From contig JBQTHB010000002.1 in the NCBI GenBank assembly GCA_052390235.1, forward strand, positions 32,001 through 96,000: a DNA stretch of 64,000 nucleotides, written 5' to 3'. The position numbers and the translations under genes were made by a program. The stretch comes from Deltaproteobacteria bacterium. Its GTDB lineage: Bacteria > Desulfobacterota_D > UBA1144 > Nemesobacterales > CSP1-2. The notes below the pieces were generated by a model, which saw only the letters and a list, made by a program, of their open reading frames with translations, ran no database searches and had not been told where the DNA came from. Shown piece after piece: positions 1 through 10,437 of the stretch (positions are counted from its first letter, which is position 1; the number at the start of each line of letters is the position of its first letter).

Positions 1-2
1 TG

Positions 3-143
3 GAGAGGGACGCCGTCTCGTTTATGGTCGTTGACAGGAGCGAAGGGGACGGCGCGAGGGGGGATTACAGCGGATATTTTCCCGGAGTGGTGCGCCCGCT
101 TCTCGATTGGCGGGTTGACACCGAGACTCTGGCGAAATCCTAA
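3..143 (+). CDS. 3' end of a Wzt-type polysaccharide ABC transporter ATP-binding protein (partial)
   Basis: Hand translation of frame 3: ERDAVSFMVVDRSEGDGARGDYSGYFPGVVRPLLDWRVDTETLAKS*. Resembles Wzt C-terminal tails; precedes glycan genes. Confidence 0.6.
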   Translation, partial: ERDAVSFMVVDRSEGDGARGDYSGYFPGVVRPLLDWRVDTETLAKS

Positions 144-188
144 GATTCGGGATTGGCAGGAGCGAATTATGTTATATAGGAATATAAA

Positions 189-830
189 ATGTTGCCCAAG
201 ATAATTCTGCGGATGCTTGACCCCTTTCTGCTCTCTCTTGCAAGGCGGATGGAATCCCTAGCCGCAAGGGAGAGGATTCGCGCCGCAGGCCACTCGGCGG
301 TGATACATCCGACGGCTACCATTCACCCCGACGCTCAAATCAGCAATTTCCTCGGCGACCCAAAAGCCATTTCCATCGGCGCGAACTCCCACATAAACGG
401 GGAGCTTCTAGTCCTGTGGGATGCTGGGCGAATCTCCATCGGCGAGTGGTCTCACCTTGGCGACGGCTCTCGCATCTGGTCTCACGCCTCGGTTTCAATC
501 GGCAATCACGTCCTGATTTCCTATCTCGTCAACATTCACGACACGAACGGTCATCCCCTCGAATGGCAGGCGAGGCGGCAAGATATTCAGGCAATAATGT
601 CCGGCAAATTCGGCAACCGCCTCCCAGATAAAATGAATTCCGAGCCTGTAGTGATTGAGGACGACGCGTGGATAGGCTCTAAGGCGACGGTTTTCAAGGG
701 AGTCCGCATTGGGCGCGGCGCGATAATCACTCCGGGCGCGGTTGTGGTTAAAGACGTTCCTGCGTGGACTGTCGTAGCTGGGAATCCCGCGCGCGTGATT
801 CAGGAGTTGCCCCCTAGCGATGCTGAATAA
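189..830 (+). CDS. Hexapeptide-repeat (LbH) O-acyltransferase
   Basis: [30 protein letters not shown] and VVAGNPAR motifs. Confidence 0.9.
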   Translation: MLPKIILRMLDPFLLSLARRMESLAARERIRAAGHSAVIHPTATIHPDAQISNFLGDPKAISIGANSHINGELLVLWDAGRISIGEWSHLGDGSRIWSHASVSIGNHVLISYLVNIHDTNGHPLEWQARRQDIQAIMSGKFGNRLPDKMNSEPVVIEDDAWIGSKATVFKGVRIGRGAIITPGAVVVKDVPAWTVVAGNPARVIQELPPSDAE

Positions 831-1443
831 AATTTTAGGCGGCGTATTTGACCCAATTCTGCTTCGGGCGGCGCGGCGAATCTCGTTTCTCGCCGAGGCT
901 GACAACGCCCGCCGCGCGAGGGTTGCCGCCGACATCGCCCCTACGGTGAAAATCTATCCCACGGCGCGGGTGAGGAATATGCGCCAAGACCCGAAGGCGG
1001 TAAAAGTCGGCGCAGGCACCCATTTAGAGTGCGAGCTATTCGTGTTCTGGGACGGGGGGCAGATTGAAATTGGCAAGCTGTGTCATATTGCGGCGGGAAC
1101 GCGCATTATCTCTCAATCCTCCGTATTGATTGGCGATTACGTGGGGATTTCCCATCTCGTTGACATCCACGACACCGATTGCCACCCCCTCGATTGGCGG
1201 GAGCGGCGGCTCGATGCCGAGGAGATGTTTCGCGGGGGATACCTCAGCCCTACGAAAACCGTTTCAAAACCCGTGATTATCGAAGACGACGTATGGATAG
1301 GGTTTAAGGCGACGGTGCTAAAAGGGGTTCGCATCGGGCGGGGGGCGATAGTGGCGGCGGGGGCGGTTGTAGCCGAGGATGTTCCCGCTTGGGCAGTAGT
1401 AGCCGGCAATCCAGCGCGCGTGGTCAAAGAGATGAAGCCCTGA
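820..1443 (+). CDS. Hexapeptide-repeat O-acyltransferase, paralog of the upstream gene
   Basis: [22 protein letters not shown] and VVAGNPAR motifs; overlaps the previous gene. Confidence 0.9.
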   Translation: MLNKILGGVFDPILLRAARRISFLAEADNARRARVAADIAPTVKIYPTARVRNMRQDPKAVKVGAGTHLECELFVFWDGGQIEIGKLCHIAAGTRIISQSSVLIGDYVGISHLVDIHDTDCHPLDWRERRLDAEEMFRGGYLSPTKTVSKPVIIEDDVWIGFKATVLKGVRIGRGAIVAAGAVVAEDVPAWAVVAGNPARVVKEMKP

Positions 1444-1480
1444 GCCGGATTGCCGGGATACACAATTATAATCTGAGAAT

Positions 1481-2572
1481 ATGCAGGAGATTTCACTATT
1501 GAACGCAAAAAGCCGCGCGAGAATTTCCGAGATAAAATCGAGAGTCAGCTCCATGCTCAGGGAGCGGCAGTCCCTTCAAGGCGGGGGCGACACGGCAAAT
1601 CCGAGCAAGTATTGGACGGATTTCTGCTCCTTTTTCGACTATATGCCATCGCTCTCGGAGGAGTCGTTCGAGAAGCTCCGCCTGCACACCTATCACCTCA
1701 CGGCGGACAATTACCAGACCTACTACTTCAACGTTGACCTGGACATCTTCGCGCAGTATTGGCGGGGGCTTCATGCGGGGGTACCCCCTCGGTACGTTCT
1801 CAGCGAGCCGGAGGGCGGAATAGGCTTCTCAATTGACGGCAGGCTCGTAAGCCACGATATTCTCAGATTCCAGAGCATCGTCAATACATTCCTCAGGCGC
1901 GGGGTTATATCATCGATGCAGGCGGCGGGCGCGGCGAGGGGATTCGCTCTCGAAATAGGCGCGGGCTACGGCGGGCTTGCCCATCATCTCTCGAACGTCA
2001 TTGGAGGCGTTACCTACTTCATAGTTGACCTGCCGGAAACGCTGATTTTCTCAGCCCCGTATCTGTTTTTGCAAAACCCCGCTAAGAAGGTCTATGTCTA
2101 TGGGGATTCGGATTTTGGCGGATTTATCGAGTCCGGCGAGTTTGCCTCCTATGATTTTGTCCTCATCCCGAACTATAAATTAAGCGCCCTTCGCAATATC
2201 CGCTTTGACCTCGCCGTGAACGTGGCGTCGCTCCAAGAGATGAGCGCGCATCAAGCGGCGGAGTATCTCGATTTTCTCGCCGACGGATGCGCGGGGCTGT
2301 TCTATAGCCTCAATCAGGACGTTCAGCCCCGAAACAGCGAGCTTGGCAACCTCTCGGATATGATTCGGGCGCGGTTCGAGGTTACTGAAGCATCGCTGGG
2401 GCTGCTGCCGACGAGTCGCATGGGACAAGAGGGGGCGAAGCAGGCGCTCCGCAGGGCGATGAGGAAAGCCGCAACATCCCTAGGAATTCTGGACGCTCCG
2501 AGGGAGAGCTTTAAATATCCGCCGTTTAAAGAATGGCTCTGCCGCTCCCGCAAAAATAAAAACAAGTATTAG
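1481..2572 (+). CDS. Putative sugar O-methyltransferase
   Basis: SAM motif LEIGAGYGGLA; IVDLPETL; DLAVNVASLQEM. Confidence 0.75.
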   Translation: MQEISLLNAKSRARISEIKSRVSSMLRERQSLQGGGDTANPSKYWTDFCSFFDYMPSLSEESFEKLRLHTYHLTADNYQTYYFNVDLDIFAQYWRGLHAGVPPRYVLSEPEGGIGFSIDGRLVSHDILRFQSIVNTFLRRGVISSMQAAGAARGFALEIGAGYGGLAHHLSNVIGGVTYFIVDLPETLIFSAPYLFLQNPAKKVYVYGDSDFGGFIESGEFASYDFVLIPNYKLSALRNIRFDLAVNVASLQEMSAHQAAEYLDFLADGCAGLFYSLNQDVQPRNSELGNLSDMIRARFEVTEASLGLLPTSRMGQEGAKQALRRAMRKAATSLGILDAPRESFKYPPFKEWLCRSRKNKNKY

Positions 2573-2637
2573 CCAATGCACGCGGACAAGCAGAGATAAT
2601 AAATCCCCCCTGCCCAATTTTTATATCCAAATCCGAT

Positions 2638-3426
2638 ATGACCCTAGAGAAATCCACTAAAGTCGTAATCCTAGCCGGAGGCTTAGGCACGCGCCTAGCC
2701 GAAGAGACGGAAATCAAGCCCAAACCCATGGTAGAGATAGGCGCTCGCCCCATGCTCTGGCACATAATGAAGCTCTACGCCCATAGCGGTTTCAAGGAAT
2801 TCTTCATAGCCCTGGGCTACAAGGGCGAGGTCGTAAAGAGATATTTCCAAGACTATATAAACCTAACCGGCAGTATGACGATAACTCTCGCCTCAGGCAC
2901 AGTGCAGGCATACGACAAGCAGTGCGAAGACTGGCTCGTGCATCTCATGGAAACGGGCAGGGACACCTACACCGCAGGCAGGATAAAACGCCTTGAGCCG
3001 TGGCTTGCGGCTGAGACTTTTATGGCTACCTACGGAGACGGCGTCGCGGATATTGATTTGGGCAAACTCCTCAAATTTCATAAATCGCACGGCAGGATTG
3101 CAACCGTAACCGCGGTGCGCCCGCCTGCGCGCTACGGCGGTATTATCTTCGACGGCGACCTCGTGGCTAGTTTCACCGAGAAGCCGCAAACGGGCGAGGG
3201 GTGGATAAACGGCGGGTTTTTCGTGTTTGAGCCTCGCATATTTGATTACATCGAGGGGGATTTCAGCACGCTGGAGATTGACGTGATGGAGCGGCTCGTC
3301 TCGGATAGAGAGCTTGCCGCGTATCGCCATGACTCGTTCTGGCAGTGTATGGATACGCTCAGAGACAAACGCCTCCTTGAGAGCCTGTGGCAGGAGGGGC
3401 GCGCCCCGTGGAGGGTGTGGGATTGA
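2638..3426 (+). CDS. rfbF: Glucose-1-phosphate cytidylyltransferase
   Basis: [42 protein letters not shown]. Confidence 0.95.
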   Translation: MTLEKSTKVVILAGGLGTRLAEETEIKPKPMVEIGARPMLWHIMKLYAHSGFKEFFIALGYKGEVVKRYFQDYINLTGSMTITLASGTVQAYDKQCEDWLVHLMETGRDTYTAGRIKRLEPWLAAETFMATYGDGVADIDLGKLLKFHKSHGRIATVTAVRPPARYGGIIFDGDLVASFTEKPQTGEGWINGGFFVFEPRIFDYIEGDFSTLEIDVMERLVSDRELAAYRHDSFWQCMDTLRDKRLLESLWQEGRAPWRVWD

Positions 3427-4409
3427 AGAATTTCTGGCTAGACAGGCCAACCTTTGTAACCGGAGCTACGGGGCTTGTAGGCGGATGGCTCGCGCGTCGT
3501 CTGCTTGCCGAGGGGGCGGACGTGGTCTGCCTCGTGAGGGATTGGTCTCCTCAGTCGCAATTTCAGCGCGCGGGGATGATTGACCGCGTTAAGTCCGTCC
3601 GGGGGGACGTGCGAGACCGAGCGCTTATGGAGCGAATCCTCGGCGAATATGAAATTGACACGGTGATTCACCTTGCCGCGCAGACGATAGTAACAATTGC
3701 GAATCGCAATCCCGTCTCGACTTTTGATACGAATATTCGCGGAACTTGGTCAGTGCTTGAAGCGTGCCGAAGAAGCCCGCTCGTCCGCCAAATTATCCTC
3801 GCCTCGTCCGACAAAGCCTACGGAGACCAAACCGCTCTGCCCTACAGCGAGGAAGCCCCGCTTCAGGGGAGGCATCCCTATGACGTGAGCAAATCCGCCG
3901 CAGACCTCATCGCGCAGACCTACGCCGCTACGTACTCGCTTCCCATAGCTATTACCCGATGCGGCAATTTCTATGGCGGCGGGGATTTGAATTGGAATCG
4001 CATCGTCCCCGGCACGATTCGCTCCGCTCTAAGGGGGGAGCGGCCCGTAATACGCTCGGACGGCAGTTATGTGAGGGATTATTTCTATGTCGAAGACGGG
4101 GCGGCGGCTTATATGCTCCTTGCCCAGAGGCTCGCAGAAAATCCCGAACTCAGGGGCGAGGCGTTTAATTTCTCAAATGAGATTCGCCTAACCGTGCGGG
4201 AGATTACAGAGCGGATTCTCGCCCTAATGGGGTCGGCTCTTGCGCCGGACATCCGCGCTGAAGCCTCAAATGAAATCCGCGAGCAGTATCTAAGCTCCGG
4301 CAAGGCAAGGAGCGCGCTCTCATGGAAGCCGCTTTTCACGCTCGATGAGGGGCTTCGGCTCACGATAGATTGGTACAGGGATTTCTTCGCCCCCTCGGAG
4401 ATTGGATAA
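3423..4409 (+). CDS. rfbG: CDP-glucose 4,6-dehydratase-like extended SDR
   Basis: GATGLVG Rossmann motif, SSDKAYG, PYDVSK; follows rfbF; TTG start overlapping the rfbF stop inferred (ORF open from 3387). Confidence 0.75.
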   Translation: MKNFWLDRPTFVTGATGLVGGWLARRLLAEGADVVCLVRDWSPQSQFQRAGMIDRVKSVRGDVRDRALMERILGEYEIDTVIHLAAQTIVTIANRNPVSTFDTNIRGTWSVLEACRRSPLVRQIILASSDKAYGDQTALPYSEEAPLQGRHPYDVSKSAADLIAQTYAATYSLPIAITRCGNFYGGGDLNWNRIVPGTIRSALRGERPVIRSDGSYVRDYFYVEDGAAAYMLLAQRLAENPELRGEAFNFSNEIRLTVREITERILALMGSALAPDIRAEASNEIREQYLSSGKARSALSWKPLFTLDEGLRLTIDWYRDFFAPSEIG

Positions 4410-4957
4410 TGAAATTTATTCAAACCCATCTTGCCGGCGCGTACATCATCGAGCCTGAGCCGATTTCGGATGGCAGGGGATTTTTCGCCCGCGCCTTCTG
4501 CCGCTGGGAATTCGCCGAGTGGGGGCTTGAGACTGATTTCGTTCAAAATAACATCTCGTGGAATCGCGAAGCAGGAGTCCTCCGCGGTATGCACTACCAG
4601 ATTCCCCCTCACGCTGAGGTGAAACTCGTTCGATGCACCAGAGGGGCAATTCGGGATGTGATAATTGACCTGCGCGCCGACTCTGCGACCTACTGCAAGT
4701 GGGCGGGGGTTTTGCTCACGGCTGAGAACTACAGGATGCTCTATGTGCCAAGGGGTTTTGCTCACGGCTATGAGACTCTTTTGCCGGACTCCGAGGTGTT
4801 TTATCTGGTGTCGGAGCGTTACGCGCCTCAATCCGAGCGAGGAGTCCGCTGGAGCGATGCGGCGTTTAATATCGAATGGCAGACGATAAATCCCATTGTC
4901 TCCCCGAAAGACGCCTCGTACCCGGATTTCAATAAAAAAGCGGCGGCTAACGATTAG
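4409..4957 (+). CDS. rfbC: NDP-4-keto-6-deoxyhexose 3,5-epimerase (RmlC/RfbC family)
   Basis: DGRGFFAR, GVLRGMHYQ, KLVRC, YVPRGFAHG; ATG at 4409 coupled to the upstream stop. Confidence 0.9.
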   Translation: MKFIQTHLAGAYIIEPEPISDGRGFFARAFCRWEFAEWGLETDFVQNNISWNREAGVLRGMHYQIPPHAEVKLVRCTRGAIRDVIIDLRADSATYCKWAGVLLTAENYRMLYVPRGFAHGYETLLPDSEVFYLVSERYAPQSERGVRWSDAAFNIEWQTINPIVSPKDASYPDFNKKAAAND

Positions 4958-4992
4958 TTCTGAGACTATAAGCCGTTACAAAAATACCCTGA

Positions 4993-5330
4993 GCGCCCCT
5001 CTCCCTCACTTCTGTCATTCCGAACGCCGAGAGAAATCTTATGACGCAGGATTTCTCGCTATGGCTCGAAATGACACCAGAGGACTCGAAAGGGCAGGGG
5101 GCGGAGTCAAGCTCTGGATTCCCACTTTCGTGAGAATGACAGAAGAGGCTCCCGCTCGGCATGAAGCGCCCCTCTCCCTCACTTCTGCCGTTCCAGCAAG
5201 CCATCACCCTCTGTCATTCCCGCAATTTCTCTGAGCGGGAATCCAAGTTAAGATTTCTCGCTATGGCTCGAAATGACACCAGAGGACTCGAAAGGGCAGG
5301 GGGCGGAGTCAAGCTCTGGATTCCCACTTT
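4993..5330. repeat. Array of GTCA-tagged palindromic REP-like units
   Basis: GTCATTCCGAACGCCGAGAGAAATCT and GTCATTCCCGC..GAGCGGGAATCC units; 79-bp direct repeat at 5050-5128 and 5252-5330. Confidence 0.85.
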
Positions 5331-5356
5331 ATGCGATACTGCCTTAGCGTAAAAAT

Positions 5357-6274
5357 ATGAAAATTCTCCTCACAGGAGCCACAGGTTTCATAGGCTCTCA
5401 CGTCGCTCGCAAATTGGCTGCCGAAGGGTGCGATGTTTATGCCCTCGTGCGCCCCGGCAGCGATGCGCGCCGAATTGCCGATTTAACCTCTTCGATGCAA
5501 ATTATCGCCTGCGACCTGTTCTCGACCTCGGAGCTACGCGAGCGCGTCCTTGCGGTAAAACCCGATGCGTGCATCCACCTGGCGTGGTACGTAGAGCCGG
5601 GCAAGTATCTCTCAAGCCCGGAGAATCTGCGCTATATGTCCCGGAGCCTCGAGCTTGCCCAAATTCTCGCAGATGCTGGATGCCCCAGGTTCATCGGCGC
5701 GGGAACGTGCTTTGAATACGACCTCAGTTGCGGCTATCTGTCCGAGCGAAGCCCGACCCGCCCTGAAACCCTCTATGCCTCGAGCAAACTCTCGGTCTAT
5801 TTGAATCTGGAGCAACTGGCGCGGCTTAATGGAATTAGCGTCTCGTGGATGCGTTTTTTTTATCTCTACGGGCCGTGCGAGGACAGACGCCGCCTCGTGC
5901 CATCGGTTGCTACCGCGCTCCTTTCGGGCAGAGAGGCTAGGGTTACCTCTGGCGGTCAGGTTCGGGATTTCATCCACGTTGAAGATGCCGCCTCAGCCGT
6001 TTGGGCTATCGTGAGGAGAGGCATTTCAGGAGCCGTCAACATCGCATCTGGCGCGCCAGCATCAATTCGGCACATCGTGGCTACCATCGGAGAGGTTACC
6101 GGACGCGGGGAGCTTATCGCCTACGGGGCTTATCCCACAAACCCCGCCGATGCGAAATTTATCTGCGCCGATAACGCGAGACTCGTCCATGAAGCCGGAT
6201 GGACGCCCGAATACGACTTGGAGCGAGGTATTCGCCTCACGGTTGACTGGTGGCGGGAAGAACTGCTAAGATGA
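5357..6274 (+). CDS. NAD-dependent epimerase / 4-ketoreductase (extended SDR)
   Basis: TGATGFIG, HLAW, GTCFEY, YASSK. Confidence 0.85.
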   Translation: MKILLTGATGFIGSHVARKLAAEGCDVYALVRPGSDARRIADLTSSMQIIACDLFSTSELRERVLAVKPDACIHLAWYVEPGKYLSSPENLRYMSRSLELAQILADAGCPRFIGAGTCFEYDLSCGYLSERSPTRPETLYASSKLSVYLNLEQLARLNGISVSWMRFFYLYGPCEDRRRLVPSVATALLSGREARVTSGGQVRDFIHVEDAASAVWAIVRRGISGAVNIASGAPASIRHIVATIGEVTGRGELIAYGAYPTNPADAKFICADNARLVHEAGWTPEYDLERGIRLTVDWWREELLR

Positions 6275-7527
6275 GCGAGAAAAATCAATGCCCCATCTGT
6301 AAATCCCCCTCCATCGAGGATTTCCTCTCCCGCCGAGGCGTTCCAGCGCACCAGCACCTAATATGTCCGAACAGACGCGGGGCTAGGGAAGCGGCGCGCG
6401 GCGACCTTGTCCTTGCCCTATGCCGAGACTGCGGATTCATCTATAACCGCGCTTTTGACCCCTCGAAAATCGCTTACGGCGGGAGCTACGATAACTCGCA
6501 GACGTATTCTGCCGTCTTCGAGCGATATTTATCGGGGCTGGCGATGTATCTGGTTGCGGACAGGGGCGTGAGAAATTCCCGAATTCTGGAAGTCGGGTGC
6601 GGCAAGGGCTGGTTTCTGCGCCGTCTCGTGGAGTTTGAAGGCGCGGGCAACGAGGGCTACGGGTTCGACCCAAGCTACGAAGGAGACGAAGTTTCTCTGG
6701 GCGGACGGCTCAGGTTTGAGAGGGGCTTTTATGATTCCCGCCACGCCGATATTTCCGCCGACGTCGTTCTGTGTCGCCACGTGATAGAGCATCTGCCGGA
6801 GCCGCTCGCGCTGATTCAGACGATTAAACAAGCCCTCGTCGGCTCTGCGGGAGGGGCGCGGGTGTTTTTCGAGACCCCTTCGTCGGAGTGGATACTCGAA
6901 AATAGGGCCTTCTGGGATTTTTTTTATGAGCATTGCTCGTATTTCTCGGAGGGGTCTCTGAGGGGCGCGTTTGAGATTTCTGGGTTTCGGGTTCGAGAGA
7001 TAAGGCCGGTGTTCGGAGGGCAGTATCTGTGGCTTGAGGCTTCATTGTCGGATGAACCCGCCCCTTTGGGCAGAGGCGGCGGCGGCGGCGAGGTTTCGGC
7101 TCTGGCGGCGCAAATTGCCTCGTCCGAGAAGTCGCTAATAGATCTTCTGACCCAGAGGCTTCGGCGCGAATGCGAGGGGGGGCGGAAAATTGCCTTTTGG
7201 GGCGCTGGGGCAAAGGGCGTAACCCTTGCCAATCTTATTGACCCAGGCGGGGAGCTAATTCGGTGCATCGTGGATTTGAATCCCCGTAAGCAGGGCAAAT
7301 TCCTACCCGGCTCGGGGCATCCGATAGTCGCCTGCGCGGAGCTTGCAAATTACGAGGTCAACGCCGTGATTTTAATGAATCCGAATTATTTTGACGAGGT
7401 TCTCGCGCTTGTTACCGAGGCTAGGCAGAGAGTCTCCGTGATAGACCTCGCCGACCTTATCAATCCCGGCAGCAGGACGCGCTCCCCTCTGCCGTATCCC
7501 GCGCCCAAGATTGGAGATACAGCTTGA
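6271..7527 (+). CDS. SAM-dependent methyltransferase, NDP-hexose C-methyltransferase-like
   Basis: N-terminal CPIC..CRDC zinc site; LEVGCGKG; RHVIEH; FFYEHCSYFS; C-terminal WGAGAKG and VDLNPRKQGKFLPG. Confidence 0.8.
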   Translation: MSEKNQCPICKSPSIEDFLSRRGVPAHQHLICPNRRGAREAARGDLVLALCRDCGFIYNRAFDPSKIAYGGSYDNSQTYSAVFERYLSGLAMYLVADRGVRNSRILEVGCGKGWFLRRLVEFEGAGNEGYGFDPSYEGDEVSLGGRLRFERGFYDSRHADISADVVLCRHVIEHLPEPLALIQTIKQALVGSAGGARVFFETPSSEWILENRAFWDFFYEHCSYFSEGSLRGAFEISGFRVREIRPVFGGQYLWLEASLSDEPAPLGRGGGGGEVSALAAQIASSEKSLIDLLTQRLRRECEGGRKIAFWGAGAKGVTLANLIDPGGELIRCIVDLNPRKQGKFLPGSGHPIVACAELANYEVNAVILMNPNYFDEVLALVTEARQRVSVIDLADLINPGSRTRSPLPYPAPKIGDTA

Positions 7528-8717
7528 GCCGCCCCTATTTCTCAATCGTTATGCCAACAAAGAACCGCGCCCGGCTTCTCGCCCACGCTATGGAGAGCGC
7601 GCTTGGGCAGGATTTCCAGAGCTTTGAGATTATCGTAAGCGACAACTGCTCGTCCGATGACACGGAAAGCGTGGCAAAGGGCTTCAATTCCCCGCGTGTT
7701 CGGTATATCCGCCCGCAAGAGCCGCTCACGATGCCAGACCACTGGGAATTTGCCCTCGATTACGCCCAAGGGGAGTACATCACCTATCTGTGCGACGACG
7801 ACGCCCTCTGCCCCGGCGCGCTCCAAAGCGCCGCCGCCGCCATAGCCGACCGCAAAGCGGAGCTTCTGGTCTTGGGGACGGCTATATACTACGGCGATAA
7901 TTGGATGGATGCCTCTCTAAGCAACTCCGCCGTTGTGCCGCCGTATTCGGGTCTCGTAGAGGAGCGCGCAAGCTCCGACACATTAGCCGAGCTTTTTAAG
8001 TGCTGGGATACTTACGACGCCCCAAGGATGCAGAACTCCTTCTGCCGCCGCAGCGTGATAGCTCAAATACGCGAGGAGTGCGGCAGGCTGTTTCACCTCA
8101 TCCCCGATTACTCCTTTGCCGCATTTTCGCTCGCCTATGTCCCCCGATGGACTTATTTAAACGAGCCGCTGCGCCTTCAAGGCGTGTTCGCCGAGGGCAT
8201 CGGCTCTACGACGTTTTACAACAGGGGCGAGAAAATGCAGGAGTTCATCCGCGAGTTCAAGCGCGAAATCCTGTTCGAGCGCACCCCGCTCAAATCCCCG
8301 ATAACGACCAATTTCATTGCCGAGGCTCTGCTCATGGTCAAGGAGCGCGCCGGTGATAGGCTCGCCGGAGTGGATATAAGCTGGGACGAGTATTTCATCG
8401 CCTGCTGGGACAGGCTTAGGACGCATGAAATCACGGGGGTCAATATTGAGCCTGACAGAGCCGCATTTTTCGATGCCCTTGCGCTCCAGCCCGCCTTGGT
8501 TCAATCCCGCGTGAGGGGGGTTATTTCTCAATCGCCGAGCGGGGGCGGAATTCGCAAAACCCTCCGGCGCGCGATAGATTCATCTTCCATCCTCAAATTA
8601 GCCGAATCTCTCGTGAGGGGGGGTAGGCGCAAATCCCGGATAATTTACGGCAGCGATGCGGGATTTAGCAACATCTGGGAGTGCGCCAAGAGGGTGCGGG
8701 ATATAGCTCAGAGATGA
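7524..8717 (+). CDS. Glycosyltransferase family 2
   Basis: FSIVMPTKNR, IIVSDNCSSD, YLCDDD. Confidence 0.9.
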   Translation: MSRPYFSIVMPTKNRARLLAHAMESALGQDFQSFEIIVSDNCSSDDTESVAKGFNSPRVRYIRPQEPLTMPDHWEFALDYAQGEYITYLCDDDALCPGALQSAAAAIADRKAELLVLGTAIYYGDNWMDASLSNSAVVPPYSGLVEERASSDTLAELFKCWDTYDAPRMQNSFCRRSVIAQIREECGRLFHLIPDYSFAAFSLAYVPRWTYLNEPLRLQGVFAEGIGSTTFYNRGEKMQEFIREFKREILFERTPLKSPITTNFIAEALLMVKERAGDRLAGVDISWDEYFIACWDRLRTHEITGVNIEPDRAAFFDALALQPALVQSRVRGVISQSPSGGGIRKTLRRAIDSSSILKLAESLVRGGRRKSRIIYGSDAGFSNIWECAKRVRDIAQR

Positions 8718-8752
8718 TGATGTACTTGTGATTTGCAATAGTTGAATCCCCA

Positions 8753-9931
8753 ATGAAAATTGCGTTTCAGATGATGGGCGGAGACGCTTGGCCCGTCGGG
8801 CTAGTTTATCTTAGGAATTTGTTCTACGCCCTCAGACAGACCCCCGCCGCAGGACTCACGCTCGCGCTTCTAGCGTCCAAAGAGGATAGGGGCGCGTCCC
8901 ATTTTGCCGAGTCCGCCGACGCCGACGAGGTCATACTCTACGACGCTCCGCCGAGAAAATCCCCGCTTTGGCTCGCAAATGGAGCCGTCCGCCGGATGCT
9001 CGCGCGGGACATCCTGCTGGAGAGGCTCTTTAGGCGGCGCGGTGTTGATGCTCTATTTGCCCCGACTATTCTATTCGGATGCCCTGATGTTGCCGCTCTG
9101 TCGTGGTTTCCCGACTTTCAGCACGCGCATTTCCCGCAGATGTTCTCGGAAGCCGAAGGGGCGTCGCGCAATAAGACGTTTCTTAAATCCGCCGAAGCGT
9201 CAACGCGGGTAATTCTCATGTGCGAGGCTGTAAAGAGGGATTTTGCCGCCTTCGCCCCGCAATATGCCCAAAAGGCGAGGGTTATCCATCCGATGACCCT
9301 CATTCCTGAGTCGGTTTACGAGACGCAGGCGCGCTCAATCCTCGGCGTCTATAGCCTGCCGGAGAGATTCATATATCTGCCCAATCAATTTTGGAAGCAC
9401 AAAAACCACGAAATCGCCTTCCACGCCGTTAAAATCCTCAAGAGCAGGGGCGTCAAAGTGAATTTGGTCTGCACGGGAAGCCCGTCGGATTACCGTCATC
9501 CGTCTTATTTCCCGGAGCTGAGCCGAAAAATCTCGGAGTGGAATATCCGGGAAGAGGCGATATATCTGGGATTAGTCCCGCGTGAGCATGTACTGCTTCT
9601 CATGAGAGAGTCTCTTGCCGTGCTGAATCCATCTCTGTTCGAGGGCTGGGGCTATACGGTTGACGAGGCGCGCTCGCTGGGAAAAAGGGTGATTCTCTCG
9701 GATATTCCCGCTCACAGGGAGCAGAATCCCCCGAAAGCCGAGTATTTCAATCCCGAAGACTCCGAGGCTCTGGCAGATAAATTAGCCCGGATTTGGGCGG
9801 AGGCGAGTCCGGGCGCGGACTTAGGGCTAGAGCGTGAGGCGCGCCTGCATCAGGGGGCGAGGCTCGCCGCCTACGGGGAGACTTTCCTCTCGGTAGCAAC
9901 TGAAGCCGTCCGGCAGGTTCGTGGGGGTTGA
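8753..9931 (+). CDS. Glycosyltransferase family 4
   Basis: PDFQH, LPNQFWKHKNH, PSLFEGWG. Confidence 0.9.
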   Translation: MKIAFQMMGGDAWPVGLVYLRNLFYALRQTPAAGLTLALLASKEDRGASHFAESADADEVILYDAPPRKSPLWLANGAVRRMLARDILLERLFRRRGVDALFAPTILFGCPDVAALSWFPDFQHAHFPQMFSEAEGASRNKTFLKSAEASTRVILMCEAVKRDFAAFAPQYAQKARVIHPMTLIPESVYETQARSILGVYSLPERFIYLPNQFWKHKNHEIAFHAVKILKSRGVKVNLVCTGSPSDYRHPSYFPELSRKISEWNIREEAIYLGLVPREHVLLLMRESLAVLNPSLFEGWGYTVDEARSLGKRVILSDIPAHREQNPPKAEYFNPEDSEALADKLARIWAEASPGADLGLEREARLHQGARLAAYGETFLSVATEAVRQVRGG

Positions 9932-9954
9932 AGCGAGATATGGGGGATTTATTG

Positions 9955-10378
9955 TTCGACTCCGCTCCCTTCGACGTGGTTTATTTATAGTGAGCGGAGT
10001 CGAACTACTCAGTGTGAAAATGAAGTGGATTCCCGCTCAGGAGGCTTGCGGGAATGACAGAGGGTGATGACCTGCGGGAATGACAACCCTTTGCGTCATT
10101 TCGCCTCTTCGCCCCTATCACTTCGAGTCTTCTGCTGTCATTTTGAGCCGAAGGGCGAGAAATCCTGCGTTTTAAGATTTCTCTCGGCGTTCGGAATGAC
10201 AGATTCGGAATGACAGAAGTGAGGGAGAGGGGCGCTTCATGCCGAGCGGGAGCCTCTTGTGTCATTCTCACGAAAGTGGGAATCTACAGTTCGACCAAGC
10301 TCCCTTAGACACCGCTCAGTGTGAAAATGAAGTGGATTCCCGCTCAGTAGGCTTGCGGGAATGACACAGGGTAATGAC
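9955..10378. repeat. REP-like palindromic array
   Basis: TTCGACTCCGCTC..GAGCGGAGTCGAA hairpin; GGATTCCCGCTCAG..GCGGGAATGAC twice; GTCATTCTCACGAAAGTGGGAATC. Confidence 0.85.
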
Positions 10379-10437
10379 TTGCCAGAATTCTGACCTCTCT
10401 GCATTTTCGCCACTAGCCACTAAAAACTGCCTTTCCC

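Noticed and set aside
4896..5352. Short ORFs over repeat arrays (also 10005-10271, 14839-15072, 18342-18614, 24782-25042, 28720-29177, 32420-32602, 35555-35737)
   Set aside because: They are translations of REP units (recurring CHSER, VIPA, RNDT, GMT peptides) and unlikely to be real genes.
9955..10378. Repeat arrays as CRISPR
   Set aside because: No constant repeat with unique equal-length spacers; units occur in both orientations; no cas genes recognised.
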